A stretch of DNA of 63,969 nucleotides, filler included, from Octopus bimaculoides (taxonomy: Eukaryota): assembly GCF_001194135.2 (NCBI RefSeq). It is 4 parts of 4 records of this genome, joined end to end, with 100 filler letters (N's around TTAATTAATTAA, not from the genome) between each part and the next. Parts side by side here need not be neighbours in the genome. Positions count along the whole stretch, not along the records: positions 1 to 22,501 come from NC_069007.1; 3 more parts are not named here. One strand, written 5' to 3'. The notes under the pieces were generated by a model, which saw only the letters and a program-made list of their open reading frames with translations, searched no databases and had not been told where the DNA came from. Within the stretch, counting starts at the first letter, position 1, and the number at the start of each line of letters is the position of its first letter. Shown piece after piece: positions 1 through 10,232 of the stretch. The translations under genes and the position numbers were made by a program.

Positions 1-240
1 TTGCACAAGCATTTCTATAGCCAATTACACGGATGAAATTTACGTATGCTTAATAATGTTACGCAAAACAGCCTTCAGACTTTCCCTATTAATTTCATCA
101 TCTTTTGAATTATGAACATATTTACATCATAAAGGTTTTTTCATTGTAAGGCTTTCTTTTTTAGTTGATTTTCACCTAGCAAGATTTATCGTAGATGGCG
201 TAATAAGTCACACCCGGACAACGTCGGGTTATACTGCTAG
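1..240 (+). mobile_element. 3' end of a Helitron-like (rolling-circle) non-autonomous element
   Basis: GC-rich hairpin ACCCGGAC-AAC-GTCGGGT (212-229, one bulged G), then 7 nt, then terminal CTAG (237-240) followed by T of a (TA)n tract. This matches the Helitron 3' signature of hairpin + CTRR. The 5' end is not in the window. Confidence 0.55.
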
Positions 241-273
<33 letters not shown>

Positions 274-825
274 TTGTGTGTGTGTGTATTGTCTATATCT
301 CTGTGTGTATATGCATTTGCATGAGTGTGTGTGTGTGTGTCTAAATATAGAATAAAAGAAAAGTAAGGAAGAAGACACTAAACTTATCAAATGTTGTCTG
401 TGACATTTAACGTTTGGTGATCATGCTGAAAACATCCAGCAGATGTTCTCTCACCATATCCATGTTTGTTTTTGTTTCTCTGATTTCCCTTCTTCTTTTG
501 TTCAATTTGAGACTTTAATGACCAAGGAATAATGATATTGTTGTTGTTGTTAGTAATCTCTTAACTTTGTCACGAAGTCACAGTTTGTCAGAAAGAAGGA
601 TACATTCGAAGTATGTCAACCACAGACTTAGAATGGTAGTTTAATATTTGAATCGACAAAGAAGTTTCTGTGTGGTTCCTTGAAGTACTGACATTAGAGG
701 TTAAATTTCACACCAATATATTCCCTAAAGTCGTAGATATCAACTAAAACATCTACAGACAAGGGGCTCATAATCTACAGGGACCTCAAAATTATTAAAA
801 GGTATCTCTTGTGATTTTTCTTTCA

Positions 826-1190
826 ACTTTTAATTGTTTCAGTCATAGGATTATGGTCACACCGGGCACTAGTGTAGCTAGGGTTTGTCCACTCCGGGCA
901 GCACTTTTCATCCTGTTGTAGGCTATTACTGTAAGCAATATGTGTTTTTTGTGGGGTCCCGGGGTGGCAAACAGAAGGGTTAGGGTTAGCACACACTCTA
1001 GCTAAGCTAGTGATTCTGGGGCACTATCTTGAAAGGTTTTAAGTGAACAAATCACCCCCAGTACTTACTTATTAACTCTGGTACTTACACTGTTGGTTGC
1101 TTTTGCTAAAGTCCAAGGTTTGTTGATGCAAACGAACTAACACCAGTTGTAAAGCAGTTAGGTGGGGGTACGAAAAAGATTTCCATGCAC
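826..1190 (-). mobile_element. Decayed SINE 3' half (the abundant family also at 19110, 19764, 55648), interrupted by a MITE
   Basis: TGTTTCAGTCAT...GGGCACT...CAAATCACCCCCAGTACTTA...TTTTGCTAAA motifs shared with the better-preserved copies in this window. Confidence 0.55.
867..1012. mobile_element. 146-bp hAT-like MITE inserted in a SINE
   Basis: Imperfect TIRs: CACTAGTGTAGCTAGGGTTTGT (867-888) versus the reverse complement of the right end, CACTAGCTTAGCTAGAGTGTGT (18/22 match). Flanks ACACCGGG (859-866) and ATTCTGGG (1013-1020) both align to the same 8 nt of the host SINE (ATGCTGGG), consistent with a decayed 8-bp TSD. Confidence 0.55.
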
Positions 1191-1712
1191 ACGCTCACTT
1201 GCTTACTTACATGTATATGATGCACAGTTTCCATTCTATCAAATTCACTAACAAAACATTGGTCGCCCTGCAAAATTTTTTTCCCACGAGAGTTCTGGAC
1301 CCCAATTATGAATTCATTTGCATACAGCTAATCAGAGCTTAACTATCAAACTAACTCATGAACAACCACAGTTCCTCCAAATTTACTTTATGAGTGATGT
1401 AGGATTCCAAACCCGAAGGAGGTATCAACATTTCAGATGATGGGTCATGTTACATACAGCGCCAACTGCTGCAAAAGAGAGTATATCCACTGACAGCTTC
1501 TCGGTGCGATCAAAAATCACATAACCCCTTTCAGGTTAGGGCCTGAAATACTCCAAACACAGCATGTTGCTTAGTCGAATTAGTCCATCATTTACTACAC
1601 AAAAGTCTTGTTGTCAATGCTGCACTTACCCATCTCACCTGTTTCAACATAACTGTAATATATTATATAAAAACTATGCCATTTTAATCCCATAAATGCC
1701 AGGTGTCTCTGC

Positions 1713-1982
1713 TAGTATATATATATATTTCGTTTTTGGATTTGGTTTGCAAGATTCTTTATGTGAGTTCGTGTGTTGAAGCATATTCTGTTGTGTCTGG
1801 GGAGAGTCATTTTCTTTTGGTGCCTTATAATTTAACACACTCACCAGTAAAATTTCCACTTATTTCTTATTTTTATTTTTATTTCTATTTTTAATTTTTA
1901 TTTTTATATATAAAAATAAGAAATAAGTGGAAATTTTACCGGTGAGTGTGTTAAAATTATAAGTCACAAAAAGAAAATGACT
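1713..1982. repeat. Interspersed repeat with fold-back end (PLE pseudo-LTR-like), copy 1
   Basis: 1713-1875 is near-identical to about 6460-6605. Arms 1805-1875 and 1912-1982 are reverse complements around a T-rich spacer. It starts at a (TA)n tract. Confidence 0.7.
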
Positions 1983-2039
1983 TGCCCTAGACACAACAGT
2001 ATATGCATACATATATATATGTATGTATACACACACACA

Positions 2040-2188
2040 CACCCTTGGAGTAGTTGTTGCTAGGAAGGGCATCCAGCTGTAGAAACCATGCCAAATCAGA
2101 CTGGAACCTGGTGCAGCCCTCCAGCTTACCAGTTCCAGTCAAACCAATGCCAGCAAGGAAAGCAGACGTTAAATGATGATGATGATGA

Positions 2189-2190
<2 letters not shown>
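2040..2190 (+). mobile_element. SINE with RTE-type 3' tail ending in (GAT)n
   Basis: AGGAAGGGCATCCAGCTGTAGAAACC...CCATGCCAGC...GACGTTAAATGATGATGATG tail, also seen at about 8850-8990, 10750-10885 and inverted at about 59320-59430. Confidence 0.75.
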
Positions 2191-2226
<36 letters not shown>

Positions 2227-2269
2227 CACACACACACACACACATATGTATGTATGTATAAATACTGTT

Positions 2270-2720
2270 TAGTTCTGAATCAACCTTGGTAGAACAGCTT
2301 TGGGTACCTTATGCTTTGACCAAATCTGAACAAGCAACAGCAGCCTTTCATTTGTAAGAAAAAGCAAGCTTGGATCATGGCTCCATCAGGATTTGATTTT
2401 AGGGTGAAGAAGGGAAAAAGGGTACCTAACCTGAAAGTGAAGGGTGAAGGGGTCTCAGTTCTGGAGAAGAAGGATTGGACAAAGGGTGTTGTTGAGTGAA
2501 GGATTTGGTGGGTGTAAGGGTAGATGGGGATTAAAACAGATTAGCTGTTTAATCCAATGGATGGATTAATTGAAACAGCAGAAACCAAGAAATTTACAGA
2601 TGAACTTCTTCATTGGTTTAAAGTAATAAAAGCTGTTAAAATGGAGAAGTAAATTTGCTGCCATGAGGAAGGAGAGAAGTTTAACATTTTGGACCAGAAA
2701 ACTTTGCAGGAAAAAGAGAT
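2270..2720 (-). mobile_element. Highly decayed LINE (CR1/Jockey-like) pre-RT fragment
   Basis: Minus-strand translation with stops and frameshifts gives KVFWSK...NNTL...KSNPDG, resembling the K.FW...NSTL...KA.GPDG region upstream of LINE RTs. Weak. Confidence 0.3.
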
Positions 2721-3000
2721 GAAATGTCAACAGTGTGCACATGTTGTTTGTGTGTATGTGTGTATAAAGTTACTTGTGTATAAGAGTGTTTATTTGTGTG
2801 TGTGTGTGTGTGAAAAATTTATTCATCACTAATTTTGACTGAGGGTGCTGAATAACACCTATATTGCTAGAAATAAGCATGTGCACGCATGCACACACAC
2901 ACACACTCACACACATGTGTATATATAGAGCAATATATACATATTAAACTAAACTATAAATATATATATGTGTGTGTATGTATGTACATATATATATATA

Positions 3001-3386
3001 GAACCCCCTGCACTGATAGGAACTGTATCGTATGTAGATTTAGCCCACAAACGAACTGCAAAACCAGAAATGTGGTCTATAGTATAAGATGTACAGAGGG
3101 ACGATGCAGAAATAAGACAATGACATATGTAGGCGAAACAGCAAGGAGCATAGGGGAGCGGGCAAACGAACATTGGAGGGAACTTAAGGAAGGGAAGAAC
3201 TCATCAGATCTGTACCAGCACGCTGAGCAAGAACATAGAGGCTCAATCAACAACATAGAGATTAAAATCTTATCTACACATAGCAGTGATGCAGCACTTA
3301 GACAAATTACTGAAGCTACACACATAATAGAAGAGAAACCTAGCCTGAATAGGAAACTAGAATGGAACACTAACACACACCCCTAA
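3001..3386 (+). mobile_element. Penelope-like element C-terminal GIY-YIG endonuclease fragment (5'-truncated at a (TA)n tract)
   Basis: Uninterrupted frame PCTDRNCIVC...NVVYSIRCTEGRC...YVGETARSIGERANEH...LYQHAEQEH...KILS...RQITEATHIIEEKPSLNRKLEW. It contains the VVY/YVG GIY-YIG core, catalytic R and E, the LN motif and the CCHH residues typical of PLE endonucleases. The ORF track's upstream residues are just microsatellite. Confidence 0.9.
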
Positions 3387-4124
3387 CANNNNNNNNNNNN
3401 NNNNNNNNNNNNNNNNNNNNNNNNNNNNNNNNNNNNNNNNNNNNNNNNNNNNNNNNNNNNNNNNNNNNNNNNNNNNNNNNNNNNNNNNNNNNNNNNNNNN
3501 NNNNNNNNNNNNNNNNNNNNNNNNNNNNNNNNNNNNNNNNNNNNNNNNNNNNNNNNNNNNNNNNNNNNNNNNNNNNNNNNNNNNNNNNNNNNNNNNNNNN
3601 NNNNNNNNNNNNNNNNNNNNNNNNNNNNNNNNNNNNNNNNNNNNNNNNNNNNNNNNNNNNNNNNNNNNNNNNNNNNNNNNNNNNNNNNNNNNNNNNNNNN
3701 NNNNNNNNNNNNNNNNNNNNNNNNNNNNNNNNNNNNNNNNNNNNNNNNNNNNNNNNNNNNNNNNNNNNNNNNNNNNNNNNNNNNNNNNNNNNNNNNNNNN
3801 NNNNNNNNNNNNNNNNNNNNNNNNNNNNNNNNNNNNNNNNNNNNNNNNNNNNNNNNNNNNNNNNNNNNNNNNNNNNNNNNNNNNNNNNNNNNNNNNNNNN
3901 NNNNNNNNNNNNNNNNNNNNNNNNNNNNNNNNNNNNNNNNNNNNNNNNNNNNNNNNNNNNNNNNNNNNNNNNNNNNNNNNNNNNNNNNNNNNNNNNNNNN
4001 NNNNNNNNNNNNNNNNNNNNNNNNNNNNNNNNNNNNNNNNNNNNNNNNNNNNNNNNNNNNNNNNNNNNNNNNNNNNNNNNNNNNNNNNNNNNNNNNNNNN
4101 NNNNNNNNNNNNNNNNNNNNNNNN

Positions 4125-4168
<44 letters not shown>

Positions 4169-4170
4169 TA

Positions 4171-4475
4171 GTGAAAGCACATGGCTTAGTGGTTAGGATG
4201 TTGCACTCATGATTGCGAGATCGTGGGTTCGATTCCCAGACCAAGCATTGTGTTGTACTCTTGAGTAAAGCACTTCATTTTACATTGCTCTGCAATCATT
4301 TCAACATCTGACATGTGGCACCCGTTGCACCTGCACAGGTAATGTTGATCTGATGGAGAGAGTGAGCTTATGTCTACACACACATTTGATTACTATAAAC
4401 AAATCATTTTGTGGTTGTTCGATAAGAAATTGTCAAACCCTCAAATATCATCTAATGACAGGAGTCCATCATAGT
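4171..4475 (+). mobile_element. tRNA-derived SINE
   Basis: Pol III A box TGGCTTAGTGG and B box GGTTCGATTCC, followed by the CTTGAGTAAAGCACTT central-domain motif. The head is related to the copy at 22793. Confidence 0.8.
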
Positions 4476-4756
4476 TCAGTTTAAAATGTATATATTACCT
4501 TACAAGAACCAACTCTGCCCAGCCCTTCATAGTGATTCCTTCATCCCTCAGCATTTAGCTGACCCTGCTCACCTCTCCTATGCTTTGTAGTTCTATACAA
4601 TGCCTGGTGACCCCTGTCCATGCTGTAAAGTGGTTGCTGTTACGAATGGCATCCAGATATTAAAACCATGCCAGACATTGGAAATTAATGCATTCCTTGG
4701 GCACACTGAATCTGGAATCTGGATGTAAAATGATGATTATGATATATGTGTGTATA

Positions 4757-4803
<47 letters not shown>

Positions 4804-5080
4804 TGTGAAACTTAATTTAATTTTAATTTTTAATAAATTGAATATAATTGAGTTTTTACCTGTAAATTTGGATTTTNNNNNNNNNNNNNNNNNNNNNNNN
4901 NNNNNNNNNNNNNNNNNNNNNNNNNNNNNNNNNNNNNNNNNNNNNNNNNNNNNNNNNNNNNNNNNNNNNNNNNNNNNNNNNNNNNNNNNNNNNNNNNNNN
5001 NNNNNNNNNNNNNNNNNNNNNNNNNNNNNNNNNNNNNNNNNNNNNNNNNNNNNNNNNNNNNNNNNNNNNNNNNNNNNNNN

Positions 5081-5113
<33 letters not shown>

Positions 5114-5125
5114 TATATATATATC

Positions 5126-5507
5126 GTGGCACTCTGTCGGTTATGACAGTGAGAGGTCCAGTTAATCTGATCATTGGAACAGCCTACTCATGAAATTAAT
5201 GTGCAAGTGGCTGAGCACTCCACAGACATGTGTACCCTTAACGTAGTTCTTGGGGAGATTAAGTGTGACACAGAGTGTGACAAGGCTGACCCTTTGAATT
5301 ACAGGCACAACAGAAACAGGAAGAAAGAGTGAGAGAAAGTTGTGGTGGAAGAGTACAGCAGGGTTCGCCACCACTCCCTGCCGGAGCCACATAGAGCTTG
5401 AGGTGTTTTCACTCAACAAACACTCACAATGCCCAGTCTGGGAATCGAAACCATGATCTTATGACTGTGAGTCCGCTGCCCTAACCACTGGGCCATTGTG
5501 CCTCCAC
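5126..5507 (-). mobile_element. tRNA-derived SINE
   Basis: Minus strand begins GTGGAGGCACAATGGCCCAGTGGTTAGGGCAGCGGACTCACAGTCATAAGATCATGGTTTCGATTCCCAGAC (A and B boxes), followed by a non-tRNA body. Confidence 0.8.
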
Positions 5508-6459
5508 TCCACATACACACACACACACACATATATATATGTATATATATATACATACATAAACATATATACATACATAGACATCCATTTATACGTTTAT
5601 ATATATACACACACATAAATTTATATACATATATACATACACACACACACATTCACATCAAACACATGCACACACACACACACATAAACATTGCAGCTAT
5701 CTATTCATCTGACTGTCTCTGTATGAAAGTTATATCGTGTGTGTGTGTGTGTGTGTGTGTGTAAGGTGTACAACAGTATATATATACCACACCCACTTGT
5801 ACAGTTAGTCTCTATGGAAACTGGGCTACTAGAGGCAGGAAGAAGTGACCTATATTGACCTTTTACTAATGACCTGCAACCTCTAATGTAGAGCAGATAA
5901 AAAACAAAGGTCTCCAGTACTGTGAAGGCCTCTCACACACACATAAACACACACACACACACACACACACACACCGATGCATAAATGGAAGATATGTCAG
6001 CATCACCACCATTATCATCATCATTGTTATCACCATCATCATCACTACCACCACCACCACCACCACTACCATCATCATCATCATTGTTTTCATTGTCATC
6101 ATCCTGTTGTTGTATTGTCATCATCATCTGACAGTTCTTCTATGCTGGCATGGGTGGAGGGGATTTCACAGCATCTTGCCACTCCTCACAGTCCTCCATC
6201 TTCACCAATTGGGTCACACAACTGGGTTGCACTACAGTCTGTCAGCTGGGACTAGATTCACGAGGAGTTGCCTGTACTGGTTTTTGCCTCTCTTCGTCCC
6301 TGATTTATGTGAGTGTGAATGTACACACACACATGAATATGCATATATGTANNNNNNNNNNNNNNNNNNNNNNNNNNNNNNNNNNNNNNNNNNNNNNNNN
6401 NNNNNNNNNNNNNNNNNNNNNNNNNNNNNNNNNNNNNNNTATATATATATATATATATA

Positions 6460-6790
6460 TGTTATATTTCGTTATTGGATTTGGTTTGCAAGATTCTTTA
6501 TGTTAGTATGTGTGTTGAAGCATATTCTGTTGTGTCTGGGGAGAGTCATTTTCTTTTTGTGCCTTATAATTTAACACACTCACCGTTAAAATTTCCACTT
6601 ATTATTTATATTTTCCAAAAATTTTCCTTGCGTCTTGCAACCTTTTCAATAGTCTTGACTCTGTCCGTTATTTCAAGACTATTGAAAAGGTTGCAAGATA
6701 CAAGGAAAATTTTAGGAAAATATAAATAAGAAATAAGTGGAAATTTTACCGGTGAGTGTGTTAAATTATAAGGCACAAAAAGAAAATGAC
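6460..6790. repeat. Interspersed repeat with fold-back end, copy 2: about 115-bp arms and a 14-nt loop
   Basis: Left arm 6545-6658 and right arm 6673-6790 are reverse complements with a few mismatches and one 4-nt indel. Loop is CTCTGTCCGTTATT. Same family as 1713-1982. Confidence 0.85.
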
Positions 6791-7084
6791 ATAGAATTTA
6801 ATTAAATTAGAATAGATGGACACATTAGTATAATTATACTGGATAATATTGTATGGATAATACCATACTAAATTCTGGTGCCTCAATTTAAGAACCATAT
6901 TCAGCTGACTCTCTCTCTCTACAAGGGGGAGACAAACACCTCCACTTAGCTAAGCCTGCATCTCTTGTAAACATAAGGACACAGGAAATGTGTCAAGGCC
7001 GACAGGAAGCGGTGCTGCTTCCTAGGGCTAAATAGTAGTAGTATTATTCCCTTCATGGGATTGTCACATTAAGTTTATATATGT

Positions 7085-7142
<58 letters not shown>

Positions 7143-7869
7143 ATTATTTTAGTTTATGCGCCCTTTCAAAGTCTAGCCAGGCTCATGGGCCCGGTCTCTA
7201 TGGCGTATGTGTTCCCAGCTGGACAGGACACCAGTCCATCGCAGTGTTACTCAAGAAACAGGATGTGTACCAATTAAAATGAGAGGAAGAAAAATATCAT
7301 TATTGGTTGAAATGGCCTTTATTTTTACTGTTACAGTGTAAGATACAACTGCACTGAGTTATAGTCTAATGATTATTTGCAGTACTGGTGTCCATTCTGT
7401 AGGTAGTTAACTTCATCTGTTAGTGACTGCTAGAAGACTGGTGGAAAAAGGAGAGTGAGAGATAAAGATCGAGAGAATCTCCCTCTCTGGGCTGACAAGT
7501 AGATAAGGTGAAAGTTAGTATTGTCACATAATGATATTCCATAATTGAAGAGAGAGAGAGAGAAACAGATGCTCTTTGCCTTAGAACCAAATGACCAAAG
7601 AGATAGAACCAATTTTGAGTTCTGTATTTTATATCNNNNNNNNNNNNNNCCCCCCCCGTAACTAAATTAGGTCAGGCTGAACAAAAGATTTTTCCTCTGT
7701 AATCAGCTTTGACTCAAGTTTGACTGGAATTGGTTACAGGTTAACAATTGACACTCATAAATATCCCAGTACAAAAGCTGAGAACAATAGGAAAATAATT
7801 CCATTTGGTTCTGAATCCTGGCTTAGAATCTAGAAAGCTATTCTTTACATTTATGTGTGTGTGTGTGTA

Positions 7870-8134
7870 TATATATATTGATAGAAAGGACAACAAAAGA
7901 AAGAAAGAGACCTCGATATTATGTAAATAGAGGAATTTATCTGTAAAAATATGTGACACTTATTTGGTAGCTGGAGTTTCGGATGCCAGGTTGGGAGCCC
8001 ATACCAACATCTCTTCATTTATCTTTTCAATTGGCCAGATAACTGAAGAGATGTTGGCGTGGGCTCCCACCCTGGCATCCAAAACTCTGAAATTTATCAT
8101 GGCTACTGAATAAGTGTCACATATTTTTACAGAT
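7870..8134 (-). mobile_element. PLE pseudo-LTR-like element carrying two inverted, mutated hammerhead motifs
   Basis: The minus strand of 7870-7950 aligns with 61135-61205 (AGATAAATTCCTC...ATAATATCGAGGTCTC...TTTTGTTGTC). Inner palindrome arms are 7981-8024 and 8037-8080 (40/44). The outer arms pair about 7938-7964 with 8109-8134. Plus copy: CTGAAGA-stem II-C-AAAAC (G12 lost). Minus copy: ATGAAGA-stem II-C-GAAAC (C3 lost). Confidence 0.8.
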
Positions 8135-8626
8135 ATATATATATATATATACATATATATATANNNNNNNNNNNNNNNNNNNNNNNNNNNNNNNNNNNNN
8201 NNNNNNNNNNNNNNNNNNNNNNNNNNNNNNNNNNNNNNNNNNNNNNNNNNNNNNNNNNNNNNNNNNNNNNNNNNNNNNNNNNNNNNNNNNNNNNNNNNNN
8301 NNNNNNNNNNNNNNNNNNNNNNNNNNNNNNNNNNNNNNNNNNNNNNNNNNNNNNNNNNNNNNNNNNNNNNNNNNNNNNNNNNNNNNNNNNNNNNNNNNNN
8401 NNNNNNNNNNNNNNNNNNNNNNNNNNNNNNNNNNNNNNNNNNNNNNNNNNNNNNNNNNNNNNNNNNNNNNNNNNNNNNNNNNNNNNNNNNNNNNNNNNNN
8501 NNNNNNNNNNNNNNNNNNNNNNNNNNNNNNNNNNNNNNNNNNNNNNNNNNNNNNNNNNNNNNNNNNNNNNNNNNNNNNNNNNNNNNNNNNNNNNNNNNNN
8601 NNNNNNNNNNNNNNNNNNNNNNNNNN

Positions 8627-8990
8627 TAAAAGCACCATTCGAGTGTGATCATTGCCAGCATCACCTGACTGGCCCCTGTGCCAGTGGCACGTAAAAAACA
8701 CCATTCGAGCATGGTTGTTGCCAGTGCCGCCAGACTGGCTCCTGCACAGGTAGCACGTAAAAAGCACCATTCAAGCGTGATCAATGCCAGTACCGCCTGA
8801 CCGGTGGCATGTAAAAGCACCCACCACACTCTCGAGAGTGGTTGGTGTTAAGAACGGCATCCAGCTGTAGAAACTTTGCCAGATCAGATTGGAGCCTGGT
8901 GCAGCCTTCTGTCTTCCCAGTCACCATTCAAACCGTCCAACCCATGACATCATGGAAAGCGGATGTTAAACAACGATGATGATGATGTAT
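8627..8990 (+). mobile_element. RTE-tailed SINE with internal tandem repeat of about 65 bp
   Basis: Three to four AAAAGCACCATTCGAG...GCCAG...GGCACGT units (8627-8825), then the shared CATCCAGCTGTAGAAAC...AACGATGATGATG tail. Confidence 0.75.
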
Positions 8991-9626
8991 GTATATGTAT
9001 ATATTTATGTGTTTGTCTCCCTACCATCACTTGACAACTAATAGAATAAGTTCTGGCATGGATTTCTTCAACTAAAACTCCTTAAGGCGGTGCTCCAGCA
9101 TGGCTGCAGTCAAATGACTGAAATAAGTAAAAGAGAGTATTCCTTTACCTCTCGGTAAATCTGTAAAGATCTTCACATATTTATTCTTGATTTTATTTTT
9201 GATTTTTATCTATTTATCTTTCCCCAATTCTTTTCAACTGCCTCACGTATAAATCTCGAAATTTCTCCAACCCTGACCTACAAAGACATTCTCTTTATGT
9301 TTAAAAAATCCTCTTGAACCACTTTGCTTTAACATGCCTATACTACTTACCAACTTATTTACATATCCATCATCATCATCATCATCACCACCACTACCAC
9401 CGTTACCTCCATCATCATCATAGTCGTCATTATCATTGTTGTCTTCATCTTGTTTTTTTTTATGCTGGCATTGGATAAATGACTTGACAAGAACAGACAC
9501 ATACATGCATACATACATATATATACATACACTTACATACAACCATACACACACCAGCGCATACATATATACAATACATGTACACAGTATACACATAAGT
9601 ACACACATATATACATACACATACCA

Positions 9627-9658
<32 letters not shown>

Positions 9659-10002
9659 ACCCACTCACAGACACTTTTCAGTATTGATTAGCCACCACAA
9701 ACAAGCACTCACCCCATATTCCACATTCCATACCCTGCATACTATCCGCCACCCTCGCCCCACACTCTCCACTCTATTCTCTTCAATAACGATTGAGGTT
9801 CAACTTAAGATGACCTCTCGGAGTCATATGCAAATTACAATCCTAAATTATTTTGACTATTCTTTTATTCTTTTACTTGTTTCAGGCATTTTGACTGTGG
9901 TCATGCTGGAGCACCTACTTTTCTTCATTTTCTTCTTCTTCTTTGTCATTTTCTTGCCTCTAACACACACACAAAGGTGATGACCTGGTAGAAATGCTAC
10001 CC

Positions 10003-10232
10003 TGGCAAGATGGCAGAAACGTTAATCCGCCAGACGAAATACTTAGCGGTATTTCGTCTGCAGCTACGTTCTGAGTTCAAATTCCACCGAGGTCGACTTT
10101 GCCTTTCATCCTTTCGGGGTCGATTAAATGAGTACCAGTTACGCACTGGGGTTGATATAATCGACTTAATCCGTTTGTCTGTCCTTGTTTTTCCCCTCTG
10201 TGTGTAGCCCCTTGTGGGCAATAAAGAGATAA
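10003..10232 (+). mobile_element. Young SINE with conserved central domain (GTCGACTTTGCCTTTCATCCTTTCGGGGTCGA...AGTACCAG)
   Basis: Same family recurs at about 11565-11768, 18708-18925, 20385-20600, 29460-29680, 29695-29905, 40893-41070 and 57290-57380. Confidence 0.8.

Noticed and set aside
977-989. Interstitial telomere (TTAGGG)
   Set aside because: Only two units, inside a MITE.
1620-1645. Tandem minus-strand donors (CAG|GTGAGA and TGG|GTAAGT), possible micro-exon
   Set aside because: No supporting reading frame or partner exon; cannot be distinguished from chance.
8627-8825. CRISPR-like regularly spaced repeats
   Set aside because: Eukaryotic SINE-internal tandem units without unique spacers; no cas genes.
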